Shown here piece after piece: positions 55,713 through 64,000 of a stretch of DNA of 64,000 bases. Below the pieces are notes generated by a model that had not been told where the DNA came from, did not search any database, and worked only from the letters and a program-made list of their open reading frames with translations. Source of the DNA: Eledone cirrhosa (lineage: Eukaryota); NCBI GenBank assembly GCA_964016885.1, contig OZ024751.1, positions 34,534,001 through 34,598,000 of the forward strand, read 5' to 3'. The position numbers were made by a program, and so were the translations under genes. Position 1 is the stretch's first letter. Each line of letters begins with the position of its first letter.

Positions 55713-58700
55713 ATGGAGACTAGAACGTCATGTGACAGACTCTCACCCAACAGGTGCCCCCTGGCTCAGCAGCAGGAACCTGACTGTCAACCAAATACTG
55801 CTGATGTTGGAGGAAGAAGAAGAAGGAAAGGGGCCAGAACCAACTGGACGAAAGAATTGAATAGAACTGTTATGCAATGCTACCTGAAAAGTAACCCCAA
55901 GGAGAGGGGCTACAGGAGACGGATGCATAACATCTGGAACGAGATTGGTTTATTTAAATTAGATGAACAAAAATTGGCCGGGCAGGCTCGGGTAATAAGA
56001 ACTAATGGGTGGATAAGCGAGCTGGAACTGGAGGAACTGAGCAGAGAGAATGGCTTGGAGATGGCGGGTGTAGTATGCCAGACAAGCGAGCCGGCGGGAA
56101 ATGAAGGTGAGGAGGTCCTGAGAACGGAGGAACCACCCGAAGCAGACAATGATCTGAATACTGAGATAAATAATACCTGGAACAGAGATACGGCCACTGA
56201 GGAGATGAATGCTGACGGGCTAGGACAAGATTCGGTTGACATCCTAAATTTAGTGGTAGATGAGTTGAACAATGATAGTGGGAGACCTATGAACCTAAGA
56301 TTTGTAGACAGGAAAAAGTTAAAAGAAACAACAGCTAAGGTAAACAAAGTCATCCCATACCTTGAGGCGAGGAGTCTTCACCAGTGCAACAATATCCTCA
56401 AAGCAACAGCAAATACGGTGAGGAAACTACTTGGTATAAAAGCGAGAGGAAACAACAGACAAGAAAGAGCAGAGCCGTGGTGGAAGAAGCGACTGAGTGG
56501 GCAAATCGAGGAAATGAGAAATGACATAGGAAAGCTTGAGTCACTACTGAATGGGACACTAAAAAACATAGGCACTAAAAATAGACTGGAAATAAAATAC
56601 AAAACTAGGAGTAAAAAGCTAAATATTATCATAGAGGAATTGAAGCAACGCATTGTAGCAAAGAGTGCCAAAATCAGGCGATACGAGAACAGAGTCAGTC
56701 AGTATAAACAGAACCGCATGTTCGACAACAACCAGAAGATGCTGTTTGGACAGCTTGAGGGGAAAGAAAGAGGCAACGACTTGATCCCTGGGGCGGAACA
56801 AGCTAAAACATTCTGGAGAGGAATATGGGAGCAGGATGTTAGACACAATGCCCAGGCAGGGTGGATTGAGACAGTACAGAGGGAGATCGGTGAGCAGGCA
56901 CAGCAACAGACTGATTTGAGTATCACAGTTGAAACTCTTAAGGGGCAGGCCAAAAAACTAACCAACTGGAAATCACCAGGCCCAGATGGTGTGCAGGGGT
57001 ATTGGATTAAACATTTAACATCCCTCCACCCGAAGCTGACGGCCATGTTCAATGACTGCTTGGTGTCGGGTGAGGTGCCAGAGTGGTTGACAAAAGGTAC
57101 CACAGTTCTGATAATGAAAGACCGAATCAAGGGTAATGATGTTACCAACTATAGACCTATCACATGTCTGCCCGTAATGTGGAAACTGTTGACGAGCATT
57201 GTGTCTGAGGAAATCTACCATCACCTCCACACAAACAACTTGTTGCCGGACGAACAGAAAGGATGCCGAAAGAAGTCACGTGGTACAAAGGACCAGTTGC
57301 TTATTGATAAGATGGTAATGGGGAATTGCAGGAGGAGACACACTGATCTTGCCATGGGATGGATAGACTACAGAAAGGCATTTGACATGGTGCCTCATTC
57401 CTGGATCACCAAAAGCCTGGAGATCTTCAGGGTGGCAGATAACATCAGACAGTTGCTGGGCAGGAGTATGGGGTCCTGGGAGACAGAGTTGACATCAACT
57501 GGAGTATCCTTGGGAAGCGTGAAGATCAAGAGAGGTATCTTCCAGGGAGATAGCCTGTCCCCTCTGTTGTTTGTCCTTGCCCTGATGCCCTTGACCATTA
57601 TGCTGCGAAAAGTGAGAGCAGGATACAAGTTGGGAAGGGGAGAGCTTACCATCAATCACCTCCTCTTCATGGACGATCTTAAGCTCTTCGGGAAAAGTGA
57701 GAAGGAGTTGGATGTGCTTGTTGACACTGTCCGTATTTTCAGCAGTGATATATGTATGCAGTTTGGTATTGGTAAATGTGGAGTCATTGTGATGAGGAGG
57801 GGTAGGTTGAGCAGAAGTAACGGGATCCAGATACCAACAGGTGAGATGATAAAGGAAATTGACTCTGAGGAAGGATACAAGTATTTGGGCATTCTGGAGG
57901 CTGATGGCATAAAGAACAAAAAAATGAAGGAATTGTTAAGAACTGAATACATTCGGAGAGTAAGGAGCGTATTGAAGTCACATCTGAACAGCAGAAATGC
58001 CATAAGCGCAGTAAATTCCCGAGCTGTGTCTATTATTAGGTACAGTGCGGGAATTCTGAGATGGAATGTTACTGAACAAAAAGAAATGGATAGGAAGACT
58101 AGGAAGCTATTGACTATCTACAACATGTTCCACAAGATGAGTGATGTCGATAGACTCTACTTAAGGAGATCTGAGGGTGGAAGAGGTCTTATCAGCATAG
58201 AGGACTGTGTTCAGATGGAGAAAAACAACCTATACAAATACGTGACCTATAGTAAGGAGCCAATGCTCAGAGCTGTACTGAAGGAGGGGACAGTAGGCCA
58301 GGGGATATCCAAGGAGGAAATAACATCAAGGAGGAAGAGCAGCCTTAAGGGAAAATCCCTTCATAGTACCTTCTTTGAGAAAACTGAATTTAGAGATCCA
58401 CAGACATGGAACTGGTTGAGAAGAGGAGACCTCAAAAAGGCTACAGAAGGAATGCTAATGGCTGCGCAGGAGCAGGCCCTCAAAACGAAGTGGTTGAAGC
58501 ACCATATCTACAAGGAGGAGGCTAGCCCACTGTGCAGGATCTGTGGAGAGAGAGAGGAGACTGTGGCTCACATTGTGTCCGAGTGTAAACACCTAGCCCA
58601 GACCCACTATAAGGGCTGGAGACACGATGTGATGGGCAGGGTGATCCACTGGCACCTGTGCAAAGTAAACAATCTACCACATTCTGAGAAATGGTATGAG

Positions 58701-59105
58701 CATAGGCCAGAGGCGGTGATGGAGAACAGTCAGGTGAAGGTGCTGTGGGATTTTAGGATACAGACGGACAAAAAACTGGAACACAATAGACCTGACCTGG
58801 TGGTTGTGGACAAAGAAAAAAGATCGTGCCTGATTGTGGATGTGGCCTGCCCGTTCGACACGAGAGTGCAAGAGAAGGAGAGGGAGAAAATTAACCGATA
58901 CCAGGACCTAAAGTGGGAGGTGAAAAGGATTTGGAACTGCCATGAAGTCAAAGTGATCCCGATTGTCATAGGCGCACTGGGGACTATCTCCAAAGGTTTC
59001 CAGGGATGGTTAAAGAAAATCGGCCCCTTCACGCTTTTTGGAACGCTTCAAAAGGCATGCTTGCTTGGAACGGCAAGAACCCTCCGATACGTCCTGAATA
59101 TCTGA
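55713..59105 (+). CDS. Intact single ORF (1130 aa) of an R4/Dong-clade non-LTR retrotransposon: N-terminal Myb-like region, reverse transcriptase, CCHC knuckle, restriction-like endonuclease
   Basis: Uninterrupted ORF with KSPGPDG, NYRPITCL, GTKDQLLID, WIDYRKAFDMVPHSW, GIFQGDSLSP, LFMDDLK, YKYLG, CRIC..HIVSEC, RHD, RPDLVVVD..DVACPFD..K, IVIGALG. Confidence 0.96.
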   Translation: METRTSCDRLSPNRCPLAQQQEPDCQPNTADVGGRRRRKGARTNWTKELNRTVMQCYLKSNPKERGYRRRMHNIWNEIGLFKLDEQKLAGQARVIRTNGWISELELEELSRENGLEMAGVVCQTSEPAGNEGEEVLRTEEPPEADNDLNTEINNTWNRDTATEEMNADGLGQDSVDILNLVVDELNNDSGRPMNLRFVDRKKLKETTAKVNKVIPYLEARSLHQCNNILKATANTVRKLLGIKARGNNRQERAEPWWKKRLSGQIEEMRNDIGKLESLLNGTLKNIGTKNRLEIKYKTRSKKLNIIIEELKQRIVAKSAKIRRYENRVSQYKQNRMFDNNQKMLFGQLEGKERGNDLIPGAEQAKTFWRGIWEQDVRHNAQAGWIETVQREIGEQAQQQTDLSITVETLKGQAKKLTNWKSPGPDGVQGYWIKHLTSLHPKLTAMFNDCLVSGEVPEWLTKGTTVLIMKDRIKGNDVTNYRPITCLPVMWKLLTSIVSEEIYHHLHTNNLLPDEQKGCRKKSRGTKDQLLIDKMVMGNCRRRHTDLAMGWIDYRKAFDMVPHSWITKSLEIFRVADNIRQLLGRSMGSWETELTSTGVSLGSVKIKRGIFQGDSLSPLLFVLALMPLTIMLRKVRAGYKLGRGELTINHLLFMDDLKLFGKSEKELDVLVDTVRIFSSDICMQFGIGKCGVIVMRRGRLSRSNGIQIPTGEMIKEIDSEEGYKYLGILEADGIKNKKMKELLRTEYIRRVRSVLKSHLNSRNAISAVNSRAVSIIRYSAGILRWNVTEQKEMDRKTRKLLTIYNMFHKMSDVDRLYLRRSEGGRGLISIEDCVQMEKNNLYKYVTYSKEPMLRAVLKEGTVGQGISKEEITSRRKSSLKGKSLHSTFFEKTEFRDPQTWNWLRRGDLKKATEGMLMAAQEQALKTKWLKHHIYKEEASPLCRICGEREETVAHIVSECKHLAQTHYKGWRHDVMGRVIHWHLCKVNNLPHSEKWYEHRPEAVMENSQVKVLWDFRIQTDKKLEHNRPDLVVVDKEKRSCLIVDVACPFDTRVQEKEREKINRYQDLKWEVKRIWNCHEVKVIPIVIGALGTISKGFQGWLKKIGPFTLFGTLQKACLLGTARTLRYVLNI

Positions 59106-59256
59106 GGCTGCAGGTAGTGGCTTGATATTCAATCCAACGGACTTTCCAGTTAACCAACATCAATGACTGAGATTCAAGGAATAACAATAACAATAATAAT
59201 AATAATAATAATGCTTTATTATTATTATTATTACTATTATTATTGTTGTTGTTGTT

Positions 59257-59301
<45 letters not shown>

Positions 59302-59814
59302 TTAGTAGCTGTACAACATGTTGGACATGAACCTGATATTAACTCATGTTAATTAACTTTTAACAAATAAAATTTCTTTAATTATTTTTCTTTCAAACAG
59401 CCATGTTCTTAGACTACTTTAATTATTTCTCTGCTGCGCATGCCTGTAATACTTAACCTATTTTATTGTGGTCATGTCATTAATAACCTATTTTAATTAA
59501 CTTTAACAATTGATACCCTTTCATTTTTAATCAGATATTTTATTGGGTTTTTTTTTTTAAACGATTTAAGAGTGAGCCAGATCCTCGTTGCTAGAGATAC
59601 CAGAAGTACTTGAATAAAAACAAATTAGACTTTGGGCTGTTATAATTCCTGATATTGAATAATACGGTTTGGTCACGGAGGGAATGTCATAAATCATTGG
59701 TCTAAGACTAATCTGGGATAAAACATCTTACATCAGATTACACACAAGCACACAGACACACAGACACGCACATACACACACATTTATATATAATTACAGA
59801 TACTGTACAGTTCA

Positions 59815-59990
59815 ACTGACGGGCTTCTACACAGCTTCTATCTACCTGATTTCACTCACAAGACGTGGATCAGCCCTTAGGCTATGACAAATATAGTCTC
59901 CCTGATACTAAACTTTGCGATTGATTTCGGGACGTTAAGATACCAAAGCAAACATCGTAAACATGGAAGCAACTGTTCAGTAAGACTGTT
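59815..59990 (-). mobile_element. Degenerate SINE of a third type
   Basis: acgggcttctacacagcttctatctacc..ttcactcacaag resembles recalled cephalopod SINE bodies; heavily diverged. Confidence 0.4.
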
Positions 59991-60161
59991 TACAAGAACG
60001 TAGAAAGTTTGTGGGGGGAAATAATATTTCCTAGAATATATATGAAATGAATTGTATAAACAGACAATATTGTATGAAGGACAAAGGTACAAAGGAGAGA
60101 GGTATATAATATGACATATTAATACAGTAATAATATCTTAAGACTACACACACACGTACAG

Positions 60162-60244
<83 letters not shown>

Positions 60245-62694
60245 CAGTATACATGTGTAAGCGCAGGCGAGCGTAAGTGTTTTGAAAAGCAGACAAGAAA
60301 AGCTTAGAAATATCTGAGACGCTTAATAAAAAAAGTATTATGGAACGTAATGGGGAAAAACGAACAGAAACAAACCATACAATTATATATATAATAAAGG
60401 GAAAAATTATCTTATATATATATATATATATAATGTGAATTATCTTATGAAGAAATGAAAAAAAAATATACACCAAAAATTGATGAAAGAAATATTTGTG
60501 CCTGGAACAATGTCAACCAGGAGTATTGTTTATTGAATGTGTAAAAGAAAATTCTTTTGAATATTGATTTAGTTCAACTCACTTCTACGCAAGGTTAATA
60601 CATTACATGTGTTGGACATGCTGTACTCGTTTGTAGAAAAAAATGGCGCCTAGTGTTTATATGTCACGTGTTTTTTTAACTCTCTTCTGACCATTATTTC
60701 TATAAAGGTCTTTACGGTATTATCTATTCTTTTCCGATTTCAAATCCCAATGAGGTTCACTTTGACTTTGATTTTTATGGGATCGATTAAAACTGTTTAA
60801 ATTTTCGATATTTATTCCATTAATATTTTGTCTACCAACTCGCCTGAAATCTTCCCTGGTACAATAATAGAAATTCGTTTTATTTTAAAGTGATGATATT
60901 GACCTTAAGTTTATAATAATTGTTTCTATATGCACAAGGCCAGATAATGACGACATTAATTATCTTTCTAAATATCTTCAAATTCCTGAATATTCTCAAA
61001 GTCTTTTACATATTGTCTTCCATTAGAAATATGGCAAGGAAAGGGTAAATACCCTGTAGATATTACTGGATCTGATGGCATGTCAAGAGGAATAATTCTT
61101 TTTCATCGTGATGTTCATGGTTGGAACGATTCTAACGAGAAAGCACTAAAGTGGAGTTAAACAACCACAACAACAACTGTATCCTATTGTTATATAAATC
61201 CGGTCAGCTACAACGAAACAAGCCACCCACCTCTTCTGTTTTTAGGTTGTTATAATTCGACATCCCTCACGTTGTTATTTCTTCAATAAACCGTAATTAT
61301 TCGAAAGAATGTGTGTAACTCTAGCAACTGATTATTACATGTGTGGTTGTTGTTGTTCTTGATTTTGTTGTCGTTGATGTATTACATTACATCCACCATA
61401 ATTAAACTGCCCTATGATTAGGGGTGGTTAAACATCCGGTTTTAGGGTGTAATATGTGAATTTGGAGCTTTCTGTCCTTGTTCTCTGGTTACAACACGAG
61501 GCCAACCATCATTCACCCACCATCATGGGAGGGGGTGGATGGAGCTTTCTTTATTTCTTATTTTATTTATCTGTTATTAGGTTCCGACCGTGCAATGGGA
61601 TTTAGTCGGTCATGTCATTCGAAGTACTTACTTTTTTCATATTTAGAACTGATTTGATATTAATCGACACACACACACATACACACACACAGACGCACAC
61701 ACACCCACCCACACACCCAATACACACACACACACAAACACACACATACGCGTATTCTGCGTGTTATATGAAATTCAATGCATAATCATTTCTCTCAATA
61801 GAAATATATTTATGTTGAAAAACCTAAGAAAATATATATTTTTATAAAACGTGATGGTATATTTTGGGATTTCCTCCTGCTTGTAGTGTAAAACACGTAT
61901 TTGAAATATGTACAATAGACAAAATCCATCCAAGGCAGCAATTACGAGTAGTTGATATTTTGTTCCTGTGTAAAATGCCTCGAAAGAAATACCGATAAGT
62001 TTCAGAGACTACATTTTACTATGAATGGAAGAAAGAATATATATTTATTACTAAAAGCAGAAACGTTAAATTCCATATATTTTTGTGCACTATATCGTTA
62101 CAAGATGATGCCACAGAAAAACTAGTTTGTACAAGATGTTACTACAGAAAAACTAGTTTGTACAAGATGCTGCCACAGATAAATATATAGCTCATATAAT
62201 TAACGTCTCTATTACTCATACAACACTTTCAACATTTGTCCCTCCCCAGCTTAATCAAATGAAGATGACAAAATATTGCTTGCAAGATTGTGTAAATTGT
62301 ATTATGCTGTGAAGTAAATGCTGACAAAAAACTAGTCATGGACCCAGGGACGGTGAAATGTCAAATTGAAGAAAACCAATACAACAAAAAAAGAAGCTGT
62401 ATGGTAGATAGAAGAAAGTAGTAAGAATATCTGAAGTTATTAAACAAATCTGTAGTGTCCTTTACAAAACCTGGAGAAGATGAATACTTATATTTTCCCT
62501 ATTCCAGACAGGAACGATCTCACAGAAGGAATCCCTACCAATGCTTACATGGATAAACGAGATTAAACAGCTACACGAGTTCTCCAACTAAGCAGAGCCC
62601 TAATTATATACGAACACCTCGGACGTGGCTCAAAATATTTAAAGAAAATGTTATAGAGATGGGAAGGTAAAGAAATGAAATACTCGTATATATA

Positions 62695-63076
62695 TAGATA
62701 TAATGTCATCTTAAGATAGATATAAAGTAATCTTAAGATAGATATAATGTCATTTTAAGATAGATATAATTGTTTCTACTTTAGGCACAAGGCCAGCAAT
62801 TACCCAGTACATTACTGGTACTTTATTTTATCGACCCCGTAAGGATGAAAGGCAAAGTTAACCTCGGCGGGATTTGAACTCAGACTGTAAAGGGACGTAA
62901 CTATGCTAGAAAGCATGGCGTCCGACTCTCTACCGATACTGCCAATTCCCCGCCATTTTAAGATAGATATAATGTCATCTTAAGATAGATATAAAGTCAT
63001 CTTAAGATAGAAATAATATCATCTTAAGATAGATATAATGTCATCTTAAGATAGATATAAAGTCATCTTAAGATAG
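62695..63076. repeat. 22-bp minisatellite (taagatagatataatgtcatct), split by the SINE
   Basis: About 3 units left of the SINE and about 5 units right. Confidence 0.85.
62771..62953 (-). mobile_element. Same-family SINE inserted in a 22-bp minisatellite, 20-bp TSD
   Basis: Full SINE on the minus strand; CATTTTAAGATAGATATAAT at 62751-62770 and 62954-62973. Confidence 0.9.
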
Positions 63077-63489
63077 CATAATATCAGATATTCAATACCT
63101 TCCCCTTATTGAAAGGAAAGTGTGAAAACGCTATACTATCTATGGTACAAGACATTCCATCAATGACCATCTCGTCAGTTCTTTCCAGCTATCTCGTATC
63201 ACGGATTACATCACATAATACCATCTCTTATTTTAATCCTGTATAGAGATATAAGATTGGATGAGGGAGGTTCTACTATTAAGAGATTAGAACGTTGATA
63301 TCAAGGCTTCAAGTTGATGTCAGGTGTTCTCAGGTGTAATGTCATACACGGTTTCATTGTATGATATAATTGTATGAATTTCACGTGAAGACATATTAAG
63401 GTATGGAACAACCGCAACTAATACATAACACACACCCTCACCTCCTCTATAGCTGGAATAACATTAAGATGATGATGAGAGCTGGGATA

Positions 63490-63845
63490 TTGTTGTTAGT
63501 GGTGTTGGTTGTTGTTGGTGTTGGTGGTGGTGGTGGTGGTGGTGTTCGTTGTTGGTTGTTGTTGGTGGTATTGGGGTGTTGGAGGTGGTAGTGGCGGTGG
63601 TGGTGGTGGTAGTGGTGTTGGTGGTGTTGGTGATGATGATGGTGGTGGTGATGGTGGTGGCGGTGATGGTGGTGGTGATGGTGGTGGCGGTAGTGATGAT
63701 AGTGGTGATGGTGGTGGCGGTGTTGATGGTGGTGATGGTTGTGTTGATGGTGGTGGTGGTTGTGTTGATGGTGATGGTGATGGTGATGGTGATGGTGGTG
63801 GTGGTGCTGGGGTTGATGGTGGTGTCGGTGGTGGTGGTGGTGGTC
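63490..63845. repeat. Degenerate (GGT/GAT)n trinucleotide tract; similar tracts at 1-230 and 44925-45125
   Basis: Directly visible. Confidence 0.92.
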
Positions 63846-64000
63846 ATGACGGAAGCTGCTGTAAGTAGAGCTTGGCTTCATGCCATGTGATAATAACAGT
63901 TTCCACAATAAAGCTGCCTGGTTATTAATTTATTAAAAGCTTCGCTAATGGCACCTGCAACAGCAAATCTCCCCGGACCGAGAGAAAGAAAAGAGAAAGT

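Larger units (their letters stand above)
54354..59180 (+). mobile_element. R4/Dong-like RLE retrotransposon, apparently full length, inserted in (TAA)n
   Basis: Flanked by (AAT)n at 54331-54353 and (AAT/AAC)n from 59181. Short 3' UTR with a GAATATC/GATATTC stem across the stop codon. The 5' boundary is inferred only from the TAA tract. Confidence 0.8.

Noticed and set aside
55743-59032. Antisense ORFs within the LINEs (also 32.6-35.9 kb on +)
   Set aside because: Shadows of the coding strand with no recognisable motifs
63403-63908. His-, Thr-, Gly- or Val-rich ORFs (also at 44.9-45.2 kb)
   Set aside because: Trinucleotide repeat tracts open in several frames on both strands; no splice or codon evidence

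Overview
Eukaryotic, very AT-rich, microsatellite-saturated intergenic or intronic DNA. The SINE types and the (TA)n/(CA)n/(GATA)n load suggest an octopus-like cephalopod (inference). No host protein-coding gene is convincingly visible, and most ORF-track entries are microsatellite artefacts. The real coding content is retroelements: an intact R4/Dong-clade RT+RLE element in (TAA)n (ORF 55713-59105), a decayed R4-like element in (CATA)n interrupted by an RTE fragment, a decayed Tx1/L1-like element in (GATA)n, and a Gypsy relic. There are also many tRNA-derived SINEs, two 77-bp MITEs, an 86-bp x25 satellite and a 200-N gap. The most striking signal is a dense set of short ORF-less elements, mostly inside (TA)n, carrying minimal type-I hammerhead ribozymes (about 8 well-formed and about 8 degenerate motifs, including U3-A8 core variants). 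Several are arranged as fold-backs or partial tandems, and two carry a ribozyme on each strand. This is consistent with Penelope-associated, retrozyme-like elements; the best example is the 312-nt unit at 8931-9567.
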